From NCBI GenBank assembly GCA_046350815.1, contig JAXLZO010000001.1, forward strand, positions 1,050,001 to 1,082,000: a stretch of 32,000 bases of DNA. Direction: 5' to 3'. Positions 10,309 to 20,157 of the stretch are shown in pieces (the stretch's first letter is position 1; each line of letters begins with the position of its first letter). The notes beneath the pieces were generated by a model. It worked only from the letters and a program-made list of their open reading frames with translations. It was not told where the DNA came from and searched no databases. The DNA comes from Candidatus Saccharimonadota bacterium. GTDB taxonomy: Bacteria > Patescibacteriota > Gracilibacteria > BD1-5 > UBA2023. The translations under genes were made by a program, and so were the position numbers.

Positions 10309-10461
10309 CCCCTCTTGAGTTTTGGTGAAAGCCGGGTTGGATATCTTGAAATCAAGAGATAATAAAATCCTCGTCATTTCGAACAAGGTGAGAGATCCCT
10401 TATACAAGATATTCTCACTGAACTTGACGTACAAGAGATCTCTCGTTCTATTCGAGATGAC
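10309..10461 (+). repeat. Copy A of the repeated intergenic element (5' motif plus arm-core-arm module)
   Basis: CCCCTCTTGAG (10309-10319) and GGGTTGG. Arms GTCATTTCGAACA (10373-10385) and TATTCGAGATGAC (10449-10461) flank a core at 10392-10426 that matches 22924-22958 at 34 of 35 positions. Confidence 0.6.
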
Positions 10462-10520
10462 ACCAAGACAGGAAAAAAGTAGATCCTCATCTTCATGGGA
10501 ATGACAGATAATTTTATGTC

Positions 10521-10540
10521 ATCCTCGCGGAGGCGGGGAT
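10521..10540 (+). repeat. GC-rich hairpin repeat (copy 1)
   Basis: ATCCTCGC-GGAG-GCGGGGAT forms an 8-bp stem including one G-U pair. With its flanks (ATGTCATCC...GGGGATCT) it is near-identical to the hairpin at 26885-26904. Confidence 0.6.
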
Positions 10541-10589
10541 CTCATGATAGATGGCAGATCTCAAATTACAACATAAACACATACGATCC

Positions 10590-11750
10590 CTACGCCGCTT
10601 TTTGATATCACTGAAGCTCTTTGAATCGAATAATCAGAGGATTCGACTGAATATAGGGACGAATGTCGCGATAATCTTTACCGTATTTATCTGCGATATT
10701 TTCTATACTAGTTGGAACTTGATCCCAATAATCAAGTGGCTTTGCCGTTAACAACCCACCATCAACTTGTTGTGTTGGTATACCATGAGAATTGAGTGGT
10801 GAATCTTTGAAAACAATATTCTCAATCCACATAAGATCTGGATTATCAGCTGCATGTGCAAAGGTAATCTCTATAGGTTTTCCATTCCAATACGTCTTAC
10901 CAATGATGGTTTCAACACGCTTCAAATGTTCATGAGTCATATCTGGTCACTTACGAAATCATCAGCGAAAATTCATATCAAATTTTGGATCGATAGGGAT
11001 CGAGCTCATTTTTTGTTTCACATCTCCAATCGAAAGTCACTTATCTAAATCCCCAAATGAATCTGCGTTTTGATACAACTTTGTTGATTGAAACTCATGT
11101 TTATATCGTTTTCTAAGATTCTCCATTCAAGACTTATCTACATTTGTAACTCACATTTGTGCTTTCCATATTTTAAGTAAATTTGTATTATTACTATAAT
11201 CCTTAGGAATATCATCAAACATTTTACTTAACTGCGAATCAACGACCGTCCCTTTTTCATATGATAAACCAAATTCACCCTGTCCTTTAGAAATAATATA
11301 GCTACCATCACCCTGAAGCAATACTCATTGAGAACAATGCCAATTTCCTCAACTTTGCGAAAAGTAAAACCATCGTGGTTCATATACTCAATTTACTTTT
11401 GTATATCAAAGAATTGTTTTACGGGCTCAAAATGCACTCGATACAAAAAATTCTCTTCATTCAATCACTATTTTATATTTTGGTTCCAAGCCAGGAGTAT
11501 TACGAAAGATCTTCTCTGCATCTCTTGAGAGCTCACCACGAGGAAAACTCGCGGGATCGATTTCTGTCATTCGAGCTTTTCATATGTTCACTTCCTTATT
11601 TTTTTCTGGTGCTTGCTGATTATTTTGATTTTGCTCGTTTTTTTGTTTCCCACTCTGTTCTTGTTTCTGATCTAATGATTTTTTCTCTCAATTTTTTATC
11701 AATTTTTCAGCCTCGACCGATGGTACATATCCTTCCATCGATATATCTTT
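10590..11750 (-). pseudogene. 3' portion of a roughly 1059-codon glycine-zipper/unknown-function protein gene interrupted by IS1595
   Basis: The frame is open (UGA=Gly) from the IS boundary to TAG 10592-10590 and contains track ORF 10608-10940. It is in phase with the 5' portion only after removal of the IS plus one 7-bp duplication. Confidence 0.75.
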
Positions 11751-12503
11751 GGGTCTAAACCAGTTACGGGTTATATTGACGAAGTAACTTTAGCACTTCC
11801 TTATAAATATCTTTTCATTGAATACGACAATTATATCTGAATTCAGATTCTTTCAAAAAATAGTAGAAGTAGACTTTCTTGATTCCATTGAATTGAGAGA
11901 GTCTTCTTTTGGTATAACTCCAAAATGACTCTATTCAATTAATGTGTTGAGTTCATCTTGCAAATTCATTTGCTCCGTGATGAACACGGTAGTGTTTCTC
12001 ATATCCAATATCTACAAGCCCATCATAAGCTCACCATCCATCACTGTTAATCTCAGACTCTTCTATACGAAGTTTTCATCGAATGATTGGCACGAGAGTC
12101 CTTGCTTTTACATCAGGAACTATCTCAGTATATACTTTTCAGTTTCTTTTGAGTAAACCAAAGACTATTGTCTTCATACCAGCTCACCTTCCTCTCTTTC
12201 ATCGGACTCTTGTTGGTCAGAAGTAACTCTCATCTATCTCAACATTTCCAGTCCATATTTCATTCTTTTCTCTCTCACAGAGAAAGGCTATCGCCTTTCT
12301 GATATATCTATACCAATCCTGTGTTGTTTTTGGATTGAGACCTGTTAATACCGCTGTTTTATCTGAAGTAAAATCCAGAGAAAAATATTTCACAATTTCT
12401 CTTATTTTTGCATCTCAAATTCGTGATTTTTTCCTATAGGTAGTTTTACTGATCATAGAGCCAAGTTTATGGGATAATTTATCCTGTCAACTGGTTTAGA
12501 CCC
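11751..12503 (-). mobile_element. IS1595-family insertion sequence (753 bp), intact
   Basis: Perfect 15-bp terminal inverted repeats GGGTCTAAACCAGTT (11751-11765, and 12489-12503 reverse-complemented), imperfectly extendable to about 25 bp. Flanked by the 7-bp direct repeat TATCTTT (11744-11750 and 12504-12510). Carries a single DDE transposase gene. Confidence 0.9.
11764..12456 (-). CDS. IS1595 (ISXO2-like) DDE transposase, 230 aa
   Basis: ATG 12456 and TAA 11766-11764. It is invisible in the track because of 10 in-frame TGAs, all at Gly positions of the family consensus: VEIDESYFGP..RGKRGRGAG, FGLLKRNGKV, INSDGWGAYDGL, HYRVHHG..EFARGTQHINGIESFWSY.KRRL, LKESEFRYN. Confidence 0.9.
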
Positions 12504-14529
12504 TATCTTTTTGCATCCGAATCACTCCGTTCTTATCTTTCCACGATACATCCCAGAGACCTGTTTGTTCATTCCACCGCTCCAGTCGTACTTTTCCGAT
12601 AGACCCATCACCAAGTCGATAATTGATCATCTGTCATTTTACAAAGAGTCCATCAACTGGAAAGAATCTTTGGCGAATTTGCACAATCTTCTCTGTCATT
12701 TTGAGAGAAACACCACTTGAGAGATGAACACTATTCTTGAGGCTCAAACCAAGATCATCGAGAAATTGTTTAAGTTTTGTGATTGGGATAGATTTCATAT
12801 CTCCGAGAAATTCCTTCAACTGCACAAGTTTTTCTCAGATATCTTTTGACCAATCGATAACATCTCAGTTATTTATGATTTGATTTTCACCAACATCTCA
12901 AAGAGTATTCACAACTTCATCAATCGTTTCAACGGTTTGACCATCCAAATATTTGTCTGGATTCTGTTGAAATCGATCACAATCTTTGAGAATCTTATCA
13001 AATTGTTCTGGATTTTTTGATGCAAGTGCTCGTTGCAATTCTCGATAGAGACGATCAGCCTCATCTCCTATTTCACGCCCACGAGGTCAGAGTTCGGAGA
13101 GTGGACGATGAGCACTATAGTTCGTCATCATTGCAAAGATTCGTGATTGTATTTCACGAGCATGCGGATCATGAATCAAGCGTTGATCTGGAAACATAAG
13201 ACGATTATGTGTGTCAAAATAGGTATCTGCTTTTTTGAGAAGAGCTTCTACCTGTTGCATATTACCAGCATTCTCAGTTGCAATCAGATCTTTTCGCATT
13301 TGGAGGAGCATCTTAGCAATATCTGGATTCAATGTACTTTCTTTTGATCACACTGCGAGTAATCGAGCGGACATTTCAGAAATTCGTTGATTCAACGCTT
13401 CAGGAATACCATTTGTTGAGGTTGATTCTCCTTCTCGTATTTTTTTCTTTTTGAGGCGTTTTGCACCAAATACAAGATCACCTGTCTCACCAACTCCAAC
13501 TGCCAATGCTCACGTTTTTTCAAGTATCTTTCATCCAACCTTTTTAAGTTTTGTTGCTCATTCCGCTTTTTGGATTGTTGTACCGAGTGCTTCCATTCAC
13601 TTTCAGAATTTTGCAGCTCATTTGAGAACGATTCATCCACCAACAAGAGCACCGATGATGAGACCAGGAATTCGTCCGATCGCTTCAGCTTGCTCTCATT
13701 GAGGGAGAGTAGCGATTCGCTTCATTTCTTTCGAGATGGTATCACCGATGATCACACTTGCTTTCGTCCATGTTTCTCATTTCCAGGCATTCTCCGTGAT
13801 AAATCCACCAACACCAACCATGAATTTTGCAGTCGCATCACGAGTCGACTCTTGCGTTGCAAAATTATAGCAAAATATCGCAAGATCAGGTATGGATTTG
13901 ATCACCATCCAGACACTCTCAGTGACTCATTCTAGGACTCCTTTTGCACCATGAAGAGCATTGCTTGCACCATCTTTCCAATTCTCAGCTGAGCCAAGTG
14001 ATCGAGCAGTAGTTCCAGCCATTTCCCCAAAAGTTGGCACATTCAGAGTATCACCCAATATTCCCGATAAAGTACGAAGAGTAATATTCATTTCTGCTAC
14101 TTGATCTCGTGTGAAATGTCTCACTACTTTTGGCACAATACTGTCAATTTCCCGAAGCATAGCTGCAGCTTCTCTCTGAAGATTGCCAATCATACTCTCA
14201 TACGTCGATTGCACCGTTTCTCCACCAAAAACACCAACAATCTTGTCCATTCATTTCATCACAAGTCCTGTATCTTCTTTGTATTGTGCATTGAGAGTAT
14301 CGAATCGTTCTCTGATATTTGCAGCACGATTTCAAAAGCGCTTGATAATATTTTGATTGATAACAACACTATCAAGTGCTCCAAGTTGATTCTTGGTTAT
14401 TTCTTTGAGACGCTCGCTACCACCCACCATTTTTCTATCAATGGTTCAAGATTTTTTCTGCATGAGAATATCTTGTTTTATTGCAGGCTTATTTTTAGGT
14501 GCTTCTCATGATGATGCAATTTCAGGCAT
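12496..14529 (-). pseudogene. 5' portion of the IS-interrupted large protein gene (as it stands, a 677-aa truncated ORF ending 8 nt inside the IS)
   Basis: ATG 14529. It joins track ORFs 13927-14250, 13087-13332 and 12634-12825, all in one frame, through many TGAs. It reads ...IRMQKD then R-V-stop (TAA 12498-12496) inside the IS end. Contains a Gly-zipper segment IPGLIIGALVGGGIVLKGAAKFGKG. Confidence 0.75.
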
Positions 14530-14604
14530 ATAGTATGGGTAATATTTGTCCCATCGTATCACAAGAAACTATATTCTGTCCAAGAAATAATCTTGACAAA
14601 TTCC

Positions 14605-14634
14605 AAAAAAAGAAGGACTAGTCCTTCTTTTTTT
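14605..14634. terminator. Palindromic bidirectional terminator after rsmG
   Basis: AAAAAAAGAAGGACTAGTCCTTCTTTTTTT is a perfect palindrome flanked by an A-run and a T-run. The rsmG stop codon (14618-14620) lies at the apex. Confidence 0.65.
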
Positions 14635-15286
14635 GGAACACAACGATATGTCGTATATGTTGATCTGCCTCATCTTTATAAATATCAAGTGTATAGGTAT
14701 GATCCGCCTCGAGCGCAAATCCAAGTTGTTTGGCACGCCGGAGACCATTCGTCCATTCCTTTGCATCAGGAGTCTTATAGAGAATGAGCGATCCACCGAG
14801 CCTCAGAAGCGGTCGGGCATACTCAATCATAATATCCATCTGAGCGGTCGACCTCGAGACAATCGCATCAAAGTAAATCGGCTCTTCAAAGAGTTTATGA
14901 AATTCCTCAGCTCTCGCCTGAAATGCTTCGATATTCTGCAATCCAAGGTCTATCATGAAACGCTGACATGCTCGGATTTTCTTTCCAACACTATCAAGAA
15001 GCACCACATGAAGCTCAGGATCGACGATCGCAAGGGGTATTCCTGGAAATCACCCACCAGTACCTATATCGAGAACCATTCATGAGAACGTGACAAACTT
15101 TCTCACCATGAGCGAATCAATAAAATGCTTGAGTACTATATCCTCTGGCTCACGAATCGCTGAGAGATTTGTATGACTGTTGTATTCCACAAAGAGATCG
15201 AGAAATTGATGAAATTGATCAATAATTTGAGAATCAAACTTCATTCCATGTTCCAAAAATCGTTGCTCTATTTGTTCTCTATTCAT
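14618..15286 (-). CDS. rsmG: 16S rRNA (guanine527-N7)-methyltransferase RsmG (GidB)
   Basis: Track ORFs 15080-15286 and 14618-15007 share a frame and are joined by TGAs at 15080-15082 and 15050-15052. The second TGA completes the SAM-binding motif VLDIGTGGGFPGIPLAI. Confidence 0.88.
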
Positions 15287-15716
15287 CTTTGAGCGACTTA
15301 ACGGCTACTTTTGATCCTTCATAGGAGAGAAGTTCTACTTTCTCTCCTACCTCAAAATCATCACTTTCACCAAGAATAAGATATGAAACACCGTTGATAT
15401 CTATCGCCTTATCACCACGTGGAGTGAGATGAATATGAAATTTTTGACCTATAAATGCTTTCACACCAATAGGATACTCAATCGTTGGAAGTGTTTTTCG
15501 AAAAATCCGTGGAAATGCAACAAGAAGAATAATGGATATCACAAAGTAGAGCACTGCCTGAATAAGGCTAAAATTTTGCTCACCCGTATACCAGACATAT
15601 CCTGCCAAAATGAAAGATGAGAGAGAGAGAGCGAGACCAAAAAAAGCAGTTGTCACAAGCTCAATCATCAAAAATACACATCAGATAGCGAGGTATGCAA
15701 TAAGAACATCTGTCAT
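15279..15716 (-). CDS. NfeD-family membrane protein
   Basis: ATG 15716, three nt after the SPFH stop, with one in-frame TGA extending track ORF 15279-15671. Two or three N-terminal TM helices and a C-terminal OB-like NfeD domain (GEKVELLSYEGSKVAVK). This is the classic SPFH-NfeD gene pair. Confidence 0.75.
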
Positions 15717-15719
15717 ATA

Positions 15720-16592
15720 CTACTTTTGAAAAAATTTGGACAGATTACCGAGAAAATCAGTATCAAGAACATATTTTGTATTACCACCAGAGAGTGCGTC
15801 ACGCATTACAGAGAGTTGTTCTCTCGCTACGGCTTGCCCCTGAAAATACGCCTGTGCAGCCTGAGACTCAAGCTGGAGAGCTGTCGCACGAGCTTGTGCT
15901 ACAGCTACCTCTGCTTGAGCCTGCCCTTCTGCAAGAAGACGTTGTGATTCTTTCTCAGATTCTGCCTGAAGAATTTTTGCTTGTTTTTCGCCTTCAGCAC
16001 GAGTAATAAGAGCTTGTTTGTATCCTTCTGACTCGAGGATCGAAGCGCGTTTTTCACGTTCTGCCTTCATCTGCTTGGACATAGAGTCCTGGATATCTGT
16101 CGGAGGATCGAGGCGTTTGATTTCGACACGTGTCACCTTCACTCACCAAGCATTCGTCTCACGGTCGAGCGACTCAAGGAGACGAGCATTGATGATTTCT
16201 CGATTGGAGAGCGTATCATCAAGGCTCATCGTTCCAAGTACGGAGCGAAGATTCGTCTGAGCAAGATTCACTACTGCAAGATACACATTATTTATATTGT
16301 ACGTAGCTGCCTTTGGGTCATTGATCTGAATATAGACAATTCCATCAACCGTAACACCTACATTATCTTTAGTAATAATCTGCTGTTCTGGAACATCCAC
16401 AACCTGTTCACGGATATCTACACGACGGATCGTCTGAACATAAGGAATAAGAAAGTGAAGACCTGCATCGACCGTACCAGCGTATCTACCAAGCGTCTCC
16501 ACAAGACCGAGAGAACCTTGATCAATTCTCTTAAAAGAACTCATCAGCGTAACAATGGCAATGAGGAAAACCAAAAATATAACAAAACTCAT
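15720..16592 (-). CDS. SPFH/band-7 (stomatin-like) protein
   Basis: Track ORFs 16143-16592 and 15720-16142 are contiguous in one frame across TGA 16143-16145 (...[15 protein letters not shown], the conserved WG.kV motif). N-terminal TM helix, SPFH core and a Glu/Ala/Gln-rich coiled-coil tail. Confidence 0.88.
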
Positions 16593-16646
16593 ATTTGAAA
16601 AAATCAGAAATTAAATACAGTAGCATCAATAGTGTATGCAAATCAC

Positions 16647-17636
16647 ATGAAAAATACAACTCCTTTGCGTAAAAATATTGTGAGGATTGGGTGAGGAAAT
16701 AGTGCTGATGCAGTGCTTGCTTGACTCAAAAAATATCATGACCTCAATATTGCGGCAATTGTTACTATGGCAGACAGTGGTGGATCGAGTGGCAAGCTTC
16801 GTGAAGAATTTGGGACACTTCCAGCATGAGATGTCAGACGGGCAGTGGTCGCGCTCTCGCGAGATGAATCTCTCGTGAGAGCACTCTTTGAGCATCGTTT
16901 CGAGTGAAATGGAACGCTGAGTGGACATACACTTGGCAATCTCATACTCACAGGGATGGAACAAATCTATGGCAATCTTCAGACAGCCATAGACCGAATG
17001 GGTGAACTCTTTCGTCTCGATGGTAAGGTCATACCCTCAACGCTCTCCAATGTTCATCTACGTGCAACCATGGAAGATGGTACTATTATTAATGGCGAAA
17101 CCAATATTGACGTCCCGAATAGAGACCCGAGACTTGCTATCACCAATCTTGAACTTATAGGAGATGCAAAACTCAATCCTCAAGCACAAGACGTGATAGA
17201 GCACGCAGACTATATTATTCTCGGTCCTGGTGATCTCTATACCTCACTTCTCCCCAATCTCCTTATACCAGGAATGTGCGAAGCAATAGCAAAAAGCAGT
17301 GCACGAGTCATCCTCATGGTCAATCTCATGACCAAACCGGGCGAAACATATGGATTTCATGTTGATGATTTTATAAGAATCATTGAAAAATATCTCTGAG
17401 TCAATATTATAGATTCAATACTCGTCAATAATAATCTTGATTTTCCGAGTGATCAACTTCAAAGATACAAAGATGGCTTACAGGAGCCAATCATTATCAA
17501 AGATAAAGAGTCACTCCTAAAACAAGGTTACCAAATAGTTGAGCGCGACCTGCGATCATACGAATCAGACGCACGACATGATATTGTCAAAGTTACAAGA
17601 ATTCTTCGAGATTTTATCGATGGATGGATCAAATAA
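16647..17636 (+). CDS. yvcK: YvcK/CofD-family protein (UPF0052, gluconeogenesis factor-like)
   Basis: ATG 16647 to TAA 17634-17636, extending track ORF 16956-17399 at both ends through TGAs. Motifs: IVRIGGGNS (TGA 16692-16694), [27 protein letters not shown] and LSGHTLGNL. Confidence 0.85.
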
Positions 17637-17649
17637 TAACTATCTCCCA

Positions 17650-18120
17650 ATGAATCGAATCACCAAAAAAAGCACCCACGAATCACCTCATCTCACCAAA
17701 GGTACTGAACTCGCCGCAAATGAACTTCGTCTTGATGCGTGACATATACGTGAGGATGTACCTCTCAACAAAAAAGACCTCGAAAATATAGCATCTATTA
17801 TCAAGGCAATTGATTCTCTTGGATTTGAGGAATTCATAGAATATATCAAATCACCATGGAAGTTGATTCTTCCAAATCTCGTTGCTGGGATTGCGCGAGG
17901 TGTCGGAACGCTCCTCGGCGCAACCATCGTAATAGCAATCATCACTTGGCTCATTGCAAAACTTGCAGTTGTTCCGCTTATAGGTCAATACTTCGGACAA
18001 ATACAGACCGAAATACAAAAGTACGTCGAGGATACCAACTACAACAGCGAATTTGCAGATATGTCAAAAATCCTAACAGAAATTCGTGATGAACTCAAAA
18101 CCGATCCATCTAACAAATAA
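17650..18120 (+). CDS. Small membrane protein (possibly DUF5665-like), hypothetical
   Basis: ATG 17650, with one in-frame TGA (17740-17742) joining it to track ORF 17863-18120. The hydrophobic core is LILPNLVAGIARGVGTLLGATIVIAIITWLIAKLAVVPLIG. Confidence 0.6.
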
Positions 18121-18122
18121 AC

Positions 18123-19487
18123 ATGCTTAAAACACCACCACATTCTATTGAAGCCGAGCGAGCTATACTCGGAAGCATTCTTCTCGAAAGCAAACTCATT
18201 GCAGAAGTGGCAGGATTTTTGCAACATGAGGATTTTTATGATCCTCGTCATGTACATATGTACGAGGCAATGATAGCACTCTATACAAAGAGTCGACCTA
18301 TCGATCTCCTGACTGTCAGCGAGTACCTTGATGACCGCAAGCTTCTCCAGAACATCGGAGGAAACGCCTATTTGATTGAAACATCTGAATCAGTATACAG
18401 CACCTCGAATATTTGGGAATACGCACAAATCGTCAAAGCAAAATCAGTCCTGAGAAAACTCATAAAATCCGGCAACGATATTCTCATGCTTGGATACAAT
18501 GAAGAATCAGAAATCAATCAACTTCTTGAAAAAGCGGAACAAGCACTCTTCGGTGTCACACAGACATTCATACAAAACAAGCTTGTACATATCAGAGATA
18601 TACTCTCATCTCGTTATGACGAACTCTCTGAGATTCATGCAGATCCATCCAGTGCCAACAATAATTCCTGTGCGAGCAAATTTCCATCACTTGATAAGAT
18701 GCTTGGGGGCTTCAAAGCTGGTGATATGGTGATCTTGGCAGCTCGTCCAAGTATGGGTAAGACTGCATTTGCACTCAATATAGCACAAAATATAGGGGAA
18801 GGCGGGAAAAATGTTGCCATCTTCTCGCTTGAGATGACCAAGGAACAACTCACGGATCGTATGATCTCAGCGAGTATGGCTGTTGATTCATGGAAACTCC
18901 ACAAGTGACTCCTCTCTGATCAAGAATTCTCCCGTCTTGGTGATGCGCTTGAGACACTCTCTGAAGCAAACATCTACATCGATGACAGCTTCGTTGCAAA
19001 TCTCCTCGAGATCAAGTCAAAAGCACGTCGACTCAAGATGGAATCATGACTTGATATGATCGTGATCGACTATCTTCAACTGATGGGAAGCGGAGTGAAT
19101 ACTAATCGCGTACAAGAAATATCCGAAATATCACGCGGTATCAAATCGCTCGCCCGAGAACTCAAAGTACCAATCATTGCTCTCTCTCAGCTCTCACGTG
19201 CTGTAGATAGTAGACCTGATAAAGCACCAGTGCTCTCAGATCTACGCGAATCAGGTTCTATCGAGCAAGATGCCGACGTCGTTATCATGCTCTTACGAGA
19301 GGATTATTATGACAGCCCAGGGGCAACTGCAAGCATGCCGGGGATAACTCGCGTGCTCGTCCGTAAGAACCGTAATGGGCCAGTTGGTGAAGTACAACTC
19401 AAATTCAAAAAAGAATCTCAAAAATTCGTAGAATTAGCGCCGGAAGAGCAGTATATACCGAAAGGACCACCAGATGAAAGTTTTTAA
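18123..19487 (+). CDS. dnaB: Replicative DNA helicase DnaB
   Basis: Track ORFs 18123-18908 and 19056-19487 share a frame and are joined by TGAs at 18906-18908 and 19047-19049, both at conserved Gly positions (..KLHK-G-LL.., ..[17 protein letters not shown]). Motifs: [16 protein letters not shown], Walker [11 protein letters not shown], and [29 protein letters not shown]. Confidence 0.95.
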
Positions 19488-19516
19488 TAATCTCTCAAAA
19501 TTATATTTGTCAAGCG

Positions 19517-19544
19517 AAAATTTCCTCCAAAAGAGGATTTTTTT
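19517..19544 (+). terminator. Weak putative terminator after dnaB
   Basis: TCCTC-CAAAA-GAGGA forms only a 5-bp stem, followed by TTTTTTT. Confidence 0.35.
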
Positions 19545-19568
19545 GAGAGAATATGTTAGCATACCAGT

Positions 19569-20150
19569 ATGAATATCAGAAATCTATTTCCGAATAAATA
19601 TCGGACGTCGTTCACTATTGGAATTTTCCTCGCACTTCCAGTTCTTATGGCTGGTACGTGGTTTTTGTGACGTGAGTTATTTTTTGATCACTGGAAAAAG
19701 TCAGTGAAAAAAACTCCACCGGCACAAACTATAACGAAAGAATCAGTGAATCAGCTCAATCAAATAACAAAATGAGGGAATAAATCAGACTGTGGATCGA
19801 TCAATAATAGTTATCTCAAAAATAGTTGTTACGATCAATTCACTCTGAGTGAAGCTCGAAAATCACCGAGTCAAGCAGAAGAAATATGTAAAACTATGCG
19901 CGAATGATTTCGTGTAAATGAATGTTTATCAAGTGTAAATATGGGTAAAGCCCTGGGTACCACTTGAACTATTCCATCTTCAGGTTGTGAAACACTTCCA
20001 GATATTCTCATGCAAGCATCGTGTATCGATGAGAAGGAAACAGTGGCACTAAGCAAAGAACGCTCAAAATGAGTAGTTCATAAAGAATTTTGTGATTCTC
20101 TTCTCAATGAGAGAATTCAGAAGGCTTGTTTCTCCTACGTATCACCATAA
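19569..20150 (+). CDS. Membrane-anchored cysteine-repeat protein (193 aa), hypothetical
   Basis: ATG 19569 to TAA 20148-20150 with five in-frame TGAs. N-terminal TM helix FTIGIFLALPVLMAGTWFL, then four C-x11-C units spaced roughly 30 residues apart. Its stop lies 7 nt before the next gene. Confidence 0.6.
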
Positions 20151-20157
20151 AGATCTT

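Noticed and set aside
10180-10504. Track ORFs over repeat copy A (10180-10434 -, 10322-10504 +), and over copy B (22859-23053 +, 22862-23056 -), as possible conserved small proteins
   Set aside because: The frame that is open in copy A is closed by a TAA just upstream of the core in copy B. The single core difference is non-synonymous in the minus frame, and the copies differ by large indels. No coding frame is conserved.
13392-13652. 86-aa stop-free minus-strand ORF (K/E/Q-rich) from the track
   Set aside because: It is out of frame with the flanking track ORFs 13927-14250 and 13087-13332. Those two are joined by a frame containing only TGAs, which gives a sensible Gly-zipper sequence, so this ORF is an alternative-frame artefact.
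16593-16646. Replication origin at the minus-to-plus strand switch near dnaB
   Set aside because: The divergent intergenic region is only 54 bp and has no cluster of DnaA-box-like TTATCCACA sequences. dnaA and dnaN are not present in the window.
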